Source: Candidatus Sumerlaeaceae bacterium
Lineage (GTDB): Bacteria > Sumerlaeota > Sumerlaeia > Sumerlaeales > Sumerlaeaceae
Assembly: GCA_051003195.1 (NCBI GenBank)
Contig: JBPCLP010000024.1
Span: 32,001 to 96,000, forward strand
Direction: 5' to 3'
Length of the DNA stretch: 64,000 bases
Position 1 is the first letter of the stretch; each line of letters opens with the position of its first letter. This document shows, one piece after another, positions 18,681-28,548 of the stretch. The notes under the pieces were generated by a model. It made no database searches and was not told where the DNA came from. It saw only the letters and a list, made by a program, of their open reading frames with translations. The translations under genes were made by a program, and so were the position numbers.

Positions 18681-19988
18681 ATGAGTGACACTGTCCCAGA
18701 GCCACCGGCGCGTATACATCCGCGCGCCGCGTTCCAGCACCGCGATTTCCGCGTTTTCCAGGCTTCGAAGTTTATCTCCACCATTGGCTGGCTGATGCAG
18801 GTCACCGCCGTCGGTTACCAGGTCTATTCAATCACGCATTCAAAACTGGATTTAGGCTATATCGGGCTCGCCTCCTTCTTGCCAGCGATCCTGTTTTCGC
18901 TGCTGACGGGGCACGTGGCGGACCGGTTCGATCGCCGTGGCGTCATGATGGTCTGCATGTCGATCATGATCGCGGGATCTCTTGCGCTGATGGGTATTTC
19001 GCTGATGGAAATCCCGCCGGCGTGGCCGTTCCTGTCGCATATCCATGGCATGCCCACGGCGCAGACGTGGCCGTTCCTGGTAATCTTGTTTGTCACAGGT
19101 GCAGCGCACGCGTTTTATGGACCGGCCAGCCAGGCTTTGATGCCGCAGCTGGTGCCTCAGGTCCATTTCGCCAACGCAGTGGCGTGGAACTCGACGATAT
19201 GGCAGGCATCGGCAATTCTTGGTCCTGCCGTCGGAGGCCTCGTGTACTACCAGATGGGCGGCCCTGCTGCCGTTTACGGCGCGGACGCGGCTTTAACTTC
19301 ACTAGCGTTTTTGCTCATGGGACTTCTGCACATGCGCACGGGCCGAATGGAGATGCGCGCGGCTTCGTGGTCCACGCTGCTGGCGGGCCTTCACTTCATC
19401 TGGAAGCGAAAGATTATCCTGGGCGCCATTTCAATGGACCTTTTTGCCGTCCTCCTCGGGGGTGCGACAGCGCTGTTGCCCGTTTATGCCCAGGATATCC
19501 TGCATGTGGGCGAAGCGGGCTTCGGGCTGATGCGTAGTGCTCCTGCCATGGGTGCTGCAATCACCGCGCTCATTGTGACGCATCTGCCGCCCATGCAGCG
19601 CGCGGGTGCGACGATGCTGGTTTGTGTGGCGATCTTTGGGGTCGCGACCATTGCCTTTGGCGTGTCGACGAATTTTTGGTTCAGCATGGCGTGCCTGGTC
19701 ACGATGGGCGCTGCCGACATGGTGAGCGTGGTTATTCGCCACACGGTTGTGCAGATGCTCACGCCGCCGGAAATGCGAGGTCGTGTAAGCGCGGTAAATC
19801 TCGTGTTTATTGGCGCTTCAAATGAACTCGGTGAATTCGAGTCGGGGGTGACAGCCCACTGGTTCGGCACAGTACCCGCAGTCGTTATCGGAGGTGTCGG
19901 CACGTTGATGGTCGTCGGACTTTGGGCCTTCATGTTCCCGCAGCTTCGCAAATACAAACGACTGGATGTCGCAGAGGATATACACTAG
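18681..19988 (+). CDS. MFS transporter (EntS/DHA3-like)
   Basis: About 12 TM segments, GHVADRFDRR and TPPEMRGRVSAVN. ATG at 18681 chosen as start. Confidence 0.9.
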   Translation: MSDTVPEPPARIHPRAAFQHRDFRVFQASKFISTIGWLMQVTAVGYQVYSITHSKLDLGYIGLASFLPAILFSLLTGHVADRFDRRGVMMVCMSIMIAGSLALMGISLMEIPPAWPFLSHIHGMPTAQTWPFLVILFVTGAAHAFYGPASQALMPQLVPQVHFANAVAWNSTIWQASAILGPAVGGLVYYQMGGPAAVYGADAALTSLAFLLMGLLHMRTGRMEMRAASWSTLLAGLHFIWKRKIILGAISMDLFAVLLGGATALLPVYAQDILHVGEAGFGLMRSAPAMGAAITALIVTHLPPMQRAGATMLVCVAIFGVATIAFGVSTNFWFSMACLVTMGAADMVSVVIRHTVVQMLTPPEMRGRVSAVNLVFIGASNELGEFESGVTAHWFGTVPAVVIGGVGTLMVVGLWAFMFPQLRKYKRLDVAEDIH

Positions 19989-20181
19989 TGTGCCGAATCA
20001 GTAGTTCCAATCCAGTTTGAGCGCGGAAGATAAGCTCAATTCGGCACACAGAACCGAATACGAATTAACGGTAGACCACACTAATGTGCCGCCCCAGAAG
20101 TTCATAGCTATGCTTCAGGAAGCTTTCGAGCTCGGACGGCACACAAAACTAGTGAACGAATTAATCGGGACACCACATTAA
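19985..20181. repeat. Two tandem ~96-bp imperfect repeats, each with an internal inverted repeat (MITE/REP-like)
   Basis: Units start CTAGTGTGCCG (19985) and CTAATGTGCCG (20081). They share CAG.AGTTC, AGCTC...CGGCACACA.AAC, ACGAATTAA and ACCACA. The array ends in TTAA at 20178. Confidence 0.7.
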
Positions 20182-20184
20182 ACA

Positions 20185-21180
20185 ATGTCTGCGAATACGC
20201 ACTTCGAAAACGCGACGATAGACCTCTCGCTGAAACTTGCAGAGACTATCCGGCCGGGAATTGGTACCATGGCATCGTCGTCGATCGTGGGGGAAGCGAA
20301 CAGTGGCGATTATACCTTCGCAATTGATGCAGTTGCGGAGGCTGCACTCGGCCGTTTTGTGGATGAGGTGGCGAAGTCGGCGGGATTACGGCTAGCCTAC
20401 TACAGCGAGGATCGTGGCTTGGTGGAGGTGCATTCGAATCCGGAGTACGTGTTTGTTGTCGACCCGATTGACGGAACCCGCCCGGCAATATGCGGCCTGG
20501 AGAGTTGCTGTGTATCGGCGGCGCTCGCGCCGCTAAATGGAAATTCTGCATGTCTGAGCGACGTCGTCGCGGCTTGCCTTGTGGAGATTAAAAGCGGTGT
20601 TATTATTTCAGCGGCTGCAGGCGCTGGCGTGTGCGTACGCTCGTCCAGTCGCAGCAAGGCTGTCCCGGTGAACGGTTCATGCTTAAGTCGCAAAACCGAC
20701 ATCGAGAAGATGTTCTGGGCGACCGAAATGTGCGGGCGGCCGTCTCAAGCGACACAGGCCGTGCTGGGCGAGTTAATCAATGCCAGCTCTTTCGCGGCTG
20801 CATGCTTCGTGTTTAATAGTGCCTCCTATGCGATCAGCAGGGTCGTGCTGGGTCAGCTGGATGCTTACGCGGACGTATTTGCAGCACTATTGCGTCGTGC
20901 CAATGCCGCAAGATGGGAGAGCTTGTCCAAGTCCCTCTTCCATGGGAAAGTATTTGGCTTGTTCCCGTACGACATTGCTGCAGCAGCCTTTATTGCTGAA
21001 GAGGCAGGGGCATTTGTCACCGATGCGCAGGGAAATTCGCTCGGGAATCTGGAGCTGCTGGATTCCTCCAGCAATGCTATTACAAGTGCGGTTATAGCTG
21101 CAAATAAAGAACTTGGACAGCATATTCTGGGGTACTTGGAGCGGGGATTCCGAAGGGCTGACGGCCTGACATTCACCTGA
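20185..21180 (+). CDS. Inositol monophosphatase / FBPase-family protein
   Basis: D..AE, YSED, VDPIDGT and YDIAAA..IAEEAGA.VTD motifs. Confidence 0.9.
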   Translation: MSANTHFENATIDLSLKLAETIRPGIGTMASSSIVGEANSGDYTFAIDAVAEAALGRFVDEVAKSAGLRLAYYSEDRGLVEVHSNPEYVFVVDPIDGTRPAICGLESCCVSAALAPLNGNSACLSDVVAACLVEIKSGVIISAAAGAGVCVRSSSRSKAVPVNGSCLSRKTDIEKMFWATEMCGRPSQATQAVLGELINASSFAAACFVFNSASYAISRVVLGQLDAYADVFAALLRRANAARWESLSKSLFHGKVFGLFPYDIAAAAFIAEEAGAFVTDAQGNSLGNLELLDSSSNAITSAVIAANKELGQHILGYLERGFRRADGLTFT

Positions 21181-21203
21181 CGAACGCTAGCTTGTGGAAA
21201 AGC

Positions 21204-21232
21204 TTGACCGCTGCAGGCCAGATGTGCATCTT
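21204..21232 (+). promoter_or_regulatory. Putative sigma70-type promoter of nrdR
   Basis: TTGACC (21204-21209), 17-nt spacer, CATCTT (21227-21232). Confidence 0.5.
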
Positions 21233-21234
21233 TC

Positions 21235-21250
21235 CTACACTATCTTGTAG
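21235..21250. promoter_or_regulatory. NrdR-box-like operator (with a weaker second copy at 21182-21197)
   Basis: CTACACTATCTTGTAG is a 16-bp imperfect palindrome fitting the acaCwAtATaTwGtg consensus. GAACGCTAGCTTGTGG lies 53 bp upstream. Confidence 0.65.
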
Positions 21251-21273
21251 GTGCGGCCGGAGGCAAACGCCAG

Positions 21274-21732
21274 ATGTTGTGTCCACTGTGTGGCCATCTT
21301 GAAAGCAAAGTTATCAATTCTCGCCAGACACCCAAAGCTGACGGCATACGCCGCCGCCGCGAATGCCTCAAATGCGCACACCGTTTCAGTACTTCTGAAG
21401 TGATCGAGAAGACTCCGATTATCGTGGTGAAGCGCGACGGAAAGCGTGAAAGCTTTGACCGTCAAAAGGTCACCGCCGGAATTCTGCGTGCATGTGAGAA
21501 GCGGCCGGTTACGCTGGACGAAGTCGAGCGGGTGGTTCAGTTTGTGGAGAAGACTCTCTACAACAACATGGAGAAAGAAGTGAGTTCGCTGAAGATTGGC
21601 GAGATGGTGCTGAAGCAGCTTCGCGGGCTGGATGAAGTGGCGTATGTCAGGTTTGCCAGTGTGTATCGGCAATTTCGCGACATCAGCGAATTTAATCATG
21701 AGCTGCGCGTGCTGATGCAGACAGAGGCATAA
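21274..21732 (+). CDS. nrdR: Transcriptional repressor NrdR
   Basis: Zn ribbon CPLC...IRRRRECLKC, ATP cone VVKRDG, and DEVAYVRFASVY. Confidence 0.97.
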   Translation: MLCPLCGHLESKVINSRQTPKADGIRRRRECLKCAHRFSTSEVIEKTPIIVVKRDGKRESFDRQKVTAGILRACEKRPVTLDEVERVVQFVEKTLYNNMEKEVSSLKIGEMVLKQLRGLDEVAYVRFASVYRQFRDISEFNHELRVLMQTEA

Positions 21733-21774
21733 CGGTCGTTGCACGCCGGGATGGGGCAAGTCACCACGTAATCC

Positions 21775-22131
21775 ATGAGAGTTGTATTGTTCGTTCTTGG
21801 AATCCTGCTCACGGGGCTGGGAATCATCGGCGTCTTTTTACCCATCATGCCCACAACGATTTTCCTGATACTGGCACTGCCATGCTTTGCCCGTTCGAGT
21901 CCAAAATTTGAGGCCTGGCTGCTTAATCACCGTTGGTTTGGACCAAGTTTGCGCGCGTGGAAAAGCAACGGGGCTATCAGCACTCGTGCAAAAGTGCTGG
22001 CGATGATCACACTTTGGGTAAGCATCACCGGTTCGTGTTTTTTCGTTCCATGGTATCTGCGGATTATGCTTATCAGCATTGCGGCCAGCGTATCTGCCTA
22101 CGTGATTACACGTCCAACCGCCCAGTTGTAA
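21775..22131 (+). CDS. YbaN (DUF454)-family membrane protein
   Basis: GIIGVFLPIMPTTIFLILA..CFARSSP....WLLNH..FG motif. Confidence 0.9.
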   Translation: MRVVLFVLGILLTGLGIIGVFLPIMPTTIFLILALPCFARSSPKFEAWLLNHRWFGPSLRAWKSNGAISTRAKVLAMITLWVSITGSCFFVPWYLRIMLISIAASVSAYVITRPTAQL

Positions 22132-22401
22132 GCACCATCAGCGTGCCGCTGTTGATTGGCTGCACGCTTAACTCAAGCCGTCGGCGGCTTAGGGAGAATC
22201 ATCCCTGTGTACGGTGACGCGTTTTTTCGCTCCAAATTCTTCGCTGCGGGGCAAAACGACACACCCGAGTCATTCGAATTAAAGACTGCCTGACGCCTTT
22301 GATTGCTAAAGCTGAACTTACGCTGACATTTTGCTGCGGCACCGCGATTGCATTCTGCTGCTCCCATATTAACCCATCATTATGTAGGAGGAATACGAGC
22401 C

Positions 22402-22719
22402 ATGCCGGTTCGCCCACTGCATGACCGTGTACTGGTCAAGCGTGCAGAAGAAGCTGAGCAGAAGAGCAGCGCAGGGATTATCATCCCTGATACCGCAAAA
22501 GAGAAGCCACAGCGCGGTACTGTCGTCGCCGCAGGCGAGGGCAAGAAGGATGAAAACGGGAAACGGATCCCGCTGGATGTAAAAGAGGGCGATGAGGTGC
22601 TTTTTGGCAAGTATGCCGGCACCGAAGTGAAGATCGAGGGTGAAGAGTATCTCATCATGCACGAGTCCGATCTTCTGGGCGTCTTAACCGCCAGCACCGC
22701 AAAGGCCGGCGCCAAGTAA
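22402..22719 (+). CDS. groES: Co-chaperonin GroES
   Basis: [23 protein letters not shown] and [16 protein letters not shown] before the ATG at 22402. Confidence 0.98.
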   Translation: MPVRPLHDRVLVKRAEEAEQKSSAGIIIPDTAKEKPQRGTVVAAGEGKKDENGKRIPLDVKEGDEVLFGKYAGTEVKIEGEEYLIMHESDLLGVLTASTAKAGAK

Positions 22720-22724
22720 GGTAG

Positions 22725-24443
<1,719 letters not shown>

Positions 24444-24471
24444 GCCGCAGCTAACAGTTCAAAGTAACCAT

Positions 24472-24521
24472 GCCGGCGCAGCCGGGTCATAGCATCGGCC
24501 CACTGCGCCGGTTGTTTTTTT
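24472..24521 (+). terminator. Rho-independent terminator after groEL
   Basis: CCGGCGCAG...CTGCGCCGG stem followed by TTGTTTTTTT. Confidence 0.75.
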
Positions 24522-24545
24522 CTGCTATAAAACCAGGCTGGCGAA

Positions 24546-26861
24546 GTGCGAATAAAAACGCAGACTGCGCATAGCCCCGACAGCATGTCGAGACTCGTCG
24601 TAGGTCTTCTGCTTCTCGTCCCGTGTTTGTCGACCTTTGCGGCGAAGGCGCAGGACAATTTCGCGCTATCCGACACGACTGCAACTGTCCAGGAACTCTC
24701 GAGAAAAGTGGGACTGGCCGACAATTACGCCCGCATCAGCATTCGGTATCGCGGCGCTTACCGGATTACAGGCGCTAAGCTGCAAGCCGCTGGTGTTCAA
24801 CTCGACCAGCTGGATCCGCTAAAGCTCGCACTGTGGAACGAAGGAAAGCAGGTGCCGATTCTGCTTCGGACCGATAATGCGACGGTTTTCGGACCCGCGG
24901 ATTCGATCGAGTTTCTCGGTGACCCTGCCCGCGGTACTTACAGCACTTACAAGCCCGATAATACATACAACATCTACTTCTTAAACTGGGCAACCGAATC
25001 GCCCCAACGGTACTCAACGATGTCGGTGGTTCCGGAAACCATCCCGACCAGGGCCAGCATTTTTCGGGAACACCGGCACCTCGAGAAGGATTTTTACTAC
25101 CGTACATCGGGGTTGCCGCCGGGCACCACCGACAATTTTTACTGGCTGCTTTTCAATGCGGGAAGCCCTGACACATTCCCGGTGAAAATCGATTTCCCGG
25201 GCTTCGCCAGGGAACTGGATGAGCCCGTCAAACTTGTTTTTCGGCTGTTTGGTTTTTCCGATGCAGCATCTGTGAAGCCCGGTCATAAGTTTTCCATCAA
25301 GTACGCGAACCCAATCCAGACCAGTGACTCGGTGCACCTGGGAACCTTTGAGTTTGATGGAAAGCGCAACTACGACTTCGTAACCAGTCTACCCGCAACG
25401 GCAGTCCGTCCCAATTATCGAATTCTTTTCGATACACCTGCAGGCCGTGAGGATGCCGTAGACGCAATTTCGCTCGATTGGATAGAAGCCGAGTATCCGC
25501 GCCGACTGGATGCTGAGGGGCGAGACCTCTTTTACTTCAATTCGGATTTAGTCGAGCCCGAAGCAGATTCTGTTGCGATTCTTAACGTGCCGCAGGGAAC
25601 GAAGGTTTTTGCGCCGGAACTTAACGTGGTCTATACACAGGCAACGGAAACGAGCGGCTGCATTGGTGTAAAAGTGCAGGACCGGAAAACTTCGTATACG
25701 GCAGTTTCACCGGAAGGGTTCCTGGCGGTCGAAGACATTTCCGTAAAGCGGATCAGCAATCTTGCCCGGCAGGTGCCGGCCGCTGCTGAGGCACTGGTTC
25801 TTTATCATCCTGACGTGGCGGAGTCGGCACGAAGCTATGTTCAATATCGGACTTCGACAGGAATCCAGACGGCCGCGGTAAATGTGCAGGACGTCTTTGA
25901 TCATCTTAATAACGGCTTTATCAGTGACGCAGTTCTAAAGCGGTACATTCGTTACGCCGCACAAACCAGTAAGCTGAAGTATATTGTGATGTGGGGAGAC
26001 TCGACCGCGGATTACCGGCAGGCGTCAAACTTCGATGAAACCACACAGAGCCAGATCCTTATTCCTATCCACTGGATCGTCAACCCCGCGACAACCTGGA
26101 CCAAGGGTTATGTAGATGATAACTGGTATGCCAGTTTTTACTACGCGAACACACCTGACCTGGCATTGGGCCGAGTTCCTGTGAATGACGAAAGCCAGGG
26201 TTTCGAGTACCTTCGCAAAGTAATCGAATATGAACAGCTCGGAAAGTCGCGCGGAGATAAAGCTCTACTTCTGTCCAGCGTCGAAGCGTCATTCCAGGAT
26301 CTTGCACTCGAGACGCAAAAGTCGTTTGCAGACCATTTCTCCAGTACGACGGTGTTGTTTCCCGAGACGAAGACGGCAGCGCAGGAAGTTCTCCGACTCG
26401 ACCAGGAGTTTAACAGCGGCATTCAAATGCTCTACTATGTAGGGCATGGTGGAGCAGCTGTGTGGCGGGTGGGCCCCACCGATTTTACAAAGCAGAAAGA
26501 TCTGTTCACGCCTAAAGATGTCGCACGCCTTCACAATGCCGGGCATTACCCGATCATTGCTGCTTCAAGTTGCTATACCACGTCGTTTGATTACACTTTC
26601 AGCCTGGGTGAAGCGCTGATATTGCAGCCGCAAGCCGGCGCAATCGCTATTGTGGGGGCACCCTGGAAGAGCACCGTGTACGAAGACCATGCGTTTAATA
26701 AGAAGTTCTTTGAGCGATACCTGGATCCGCAGATCAAGACGCTGGGCGAAGCGTTCGTGGGGACGAAGCGACATTTTGCTCCCGTCAAACCCGAGCAGGT
26801 GGACTCGCAGACATTTACGCTGTTGGGGGATCCGTGTTTGAAACTTATGAGGCGCCACTAG
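24546..26861 (+). CDS. Secreted C25-family cysteine peptidase (gingipain / PorU-like)
   Basis: Signal peptide (alternative ATG at 24585). G.YRITG..L propeptide-like segment, YIVMWGD, DNWY, ALGRVPV, catalytic YVGHGG and ASSCYT, GEAL...AGAIA, TLGEA, LLGDP. Confidence 0.88.
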   Translation: MRIKTQTAHSPDSMSRLVVGLLLLVPCLSTFAAKAQDNFALSDTTATVQELSRKVGLADNYARISIRYRGAYRITGAKLQAAGVQLDQLDPLKLALWNEGKQVPILLRTDNATVFGPADSIEFLGDPARGTYSTYKPDNTYNIYFLNWATESPQRYSTMSVVPETIPTRASIFREHRHLEKDFYYRTSGLPPGTTDNFYWLLFNAGSPDTFPVKIDFPGFARELDEPVKLVFRLFGFSDAASVKPGHKFSIKYANPIQTSDSVHLGTFEFDGKRNYDFVTSLPATAVRPNYRILFDTPAGREDAVDAISLDWIEAEYPRRLDAEGRDLFYFNSDLVEPEADSVAILNVPQGTKVFAPELNVVYTQATETSGCIGVKVQDRKTSYTAVSPEGFLAVEDISVKRISNLARQVPAAAEALVLYHPDVAESARSYVQYRTSTGIQTAAVNVQDVFDHLNNGFISDAVLKRYIRYAAQTSKLKYIVMWGDSTADYRQASNFDETTQSQILIPIHWIVNPATTWTKGYVDDNWYASFYYANTPDLALGRVPVNDESQGFEYLRKVIEYEQLGKSRGDKALLLSSVEASFQDLALETQKSFADHFSSTTVLFPETKTAAQEVLRLDQEFNSGIQMLYYVGHGGAAVWRVGPTDFTKQKDLFTPKDVARLHNAGHYPIIAASSCYTTSFDYTFSLGEALILQPQAGAIAIVGAPWKSTVYEDHAFNKKFFERYLDPQIKTLGEAFVGTKRHFAPVKPEQVDSQTFTLLGDPCLKLMRRH

Positions 26862-26862
26862 A

Positions 26863-27507
26863 ATGATCGCGCGCTTGTGGTGCACCATTGTAACTTTTCA
26901 GTTCTATGTAATGCAATCGACTGCCGCAGACACCCCTGCAACCCAGAAGCAGAACGGCCCGCAAGCGCAGTCAAGTGCCCCCACAGAACTATCGCAGCAA
27001 AAGTCAAACCGGCTCTTTCGTTTGCAAAGTGATAAGGTGACGATCCCCGAGTGGGATAGCGCTCATGGCCCCCAAAGGGTCACGCTGCTTGAACTGGCAG
27101 CAACAAAGGACTTCGACCGAAAAGCGCTTGTCTACCGCGAGCGGGCCATTCTGGAAATCGGGTCTATATCAACCCGGGAGTTCAAGGTACCCGACGCGGA
27201 TGAAGTGGTGCTGATTGCACGGTCGACAAGTGCAGAGGACCTTTTCAGCAGGATCTCAGTGAAGCTCGAGTACCACGACGCAACGACTGTGTCGAAGGAG
27301 ATTTATGCGGGAGTCGTCGCGAGCCATACTCTTACTGAGGTGAAGTGCAACGTACCGCGTGACGTGGTGGGCAGGACAGCTCGAATCAATATCGAGTTAC
27401 TTAACCCCTCTTCTATCGACGATCATCGGGTGCTGTACGTTGCCTCAATCGTCTTTCGTCGAGTTGCCGGGTCGACCCCGTCTGCTTCAGTGAGCAGTAG
27501 CAAGTAA
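26863..27507 (+). CDS. Secreted hypothetical protein (beta-rich C-terminal half)
   Basis: ORF starts 1 nt after the peptidase stop and has a hydrophobic N-terminus. Confidence 0.6.
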   Translation: MIARLWCTIVTFQFYVMQSTAADTPATQKQNGPQAQSSAPTELSQQKSNRLFRLQSDKVTIPEWDSAHGPQRVTLLELAATKDFDRKALVYRERAILEIGSISTREFKVPDADEVVLIARSTSAEDLFSRISVKLEYHDATTVSKEIYAGVVASHTLTEVKCNVPRDVVGRTARINIELLNPSSIDDHRVLYVASIVFRRVAGSTPSASVSSSK

Positions 27508-27674
27508 TGAGTGAAAGAACATATCAGGTGACGCCTTATACTTTAGCAGGCCAGTGGCAGCGTTGCACTGCGGCAGTCGATTTGACCACGAACGTGCAAA
27601 GCCTTACGCTTACAGTCGGAGCTATCGGCAAACATGCTCTCCTCGTTGATGATGTTGAGCTCAAAACAGAATAG
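27507..27674 (+). CDS. Small 55-aa ORF resembling the C-terminal half of a galactose-binding/CBM-like jelly roll; possibly a gene remnant
   Basis: TAATG overlap with the upstream stop. My translation: MSERTYQVTPYTLAGQWQRCTAAVDLTTNVQSLTLTVGAIGKHALLVDDVELKTE. Confidence 0.4.
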   Translation: MSERTYQVTPYTLAGQWQRCTAAVDLTTNVQSLTLTVGAIGKHALLVDDVELKTE

Positions 27675-27729
27675 ATCCTGCGCGTATGTCGCCCGCATAC
27701 GCTTTCTCCACATCGGGTAACGGACATAT

Positions 27730-28548
27730 TCAAGCGGTCGGCTTAGTTGCCCACACGTTATGATTCATTGCCGGGCCAAACAAGAGTGGGTGCGCAAAGG
27801 CGTGCCCCTTCCATTTGCTGTTTTCGAAAAATCGAATGCTTACCAGGTTGAGATTGTCCAGGTGCGCCCCCAATTCATCCTGCGAAAGGTGCTCTTCTAT
27901 TGGAACATACATTGCATCCAGGATGGAAAGGCGCGGTTTACGCATCATGCCGGTTGTTTTAACCAGCCAGGCCGCGAGGTTATACGGCACCACCTTGCCC
28001 AGCCCCCTGTAAGTCAAACGCACCGCTTCGCCAACCAGCCCGTACTTTCCATACATCATCACAAACAGCGTTCCCCCAGGCCTAAGTACGCGCGCCATCT
28101 CAGCAATGCCAAGTTTCCAGTCGATTGTATGGTGCATCACGCCATATGAATGAACATAATCGAATGATCGGTCGGCGAATGGCAACTTCAGGACATTACC
28201 CTGCACCTGCAGCGTCTGGGAATTATACGCCTCTAACCGCGCTTTGAGCCTTGTTGCCCATTCACGATTCAGATCGACTCCAACCACACGTGCTGCCTCG
28301 CCCCTGGCAAAAAGCTCAGTCGCCCACCCGGTACCGCCGAATCCGCAGTCGAGCACCTGCTTGCCTTTAAAAAAACTCTTTTCGATGCCCAGTGTCGATT
28401 CGTAAACCCTGATCGAATTTTCGATGTCTTCAAAAGGATGGATGTCTTCATACAGCTTCGAAGTTGCAGCTTCGATCCCGCTCGGGTTGCTGTGCGATTG
28501 ACGCCCCTTAATCCCCAATTCGCTCAAGCTTCCATCGAGTTGATTCAA
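27730..28548 (-). CDS. Class I SAM-dependent methyltransferase (start uncertain)
   Basis: VLDCGFGGTG, LPFADRSFDYV, GVMHHT and RVLRPGG motifs. Confidence 0.88.
   Translation of the reverse strand: MNQLDGSLSELGIKGRQSHSNPSGIEAATSKLYEDIHPFEDIENSIRVYESTLGIEKSFFKGKQVLDCGFGGTGWATELFARGEAARVVGVDLNREWATRLKARLEAYNSQTLQVQGNVLKLPFADRSFDYVHSYGVMHHTIDWKLGIAEMARVLRPGGTLFVMMYGKYGLVGEAVRLTYRGLGKVVPYNLAAWLVKTTGMMRKPRLSILDAMYVPIEEHLSQDELGAHLDNLNLVSIRFFENSKWKGHAFAHPLLFGPAMNHNVWATKPTA

Noticed and set aside
19985..20181. CRISPR array
   Set aside because: Only two long diverged units with similarity along their length, no identical short repeats with unique spacers, and no cas genes.
22283..22309. CIRCE (HrcA operator) upstream of groES
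   Set aside because: GATTGCTAA resembles the right arm, but there is no TTAGCACTC-like left arm at the 9-nt spacing.
22247..22330. Cyclic di-GMP-I riboswitch suggested by GGGGCAAAAC
   Set aside because: No GNRA-capped P2 stem and no GCAAAG / second hairpin follow.
22345..22372. Sigma32-type promoter (CCCATAT) before groES
   Set aside because: No CTTGAA-like -35 at the proper spacing.
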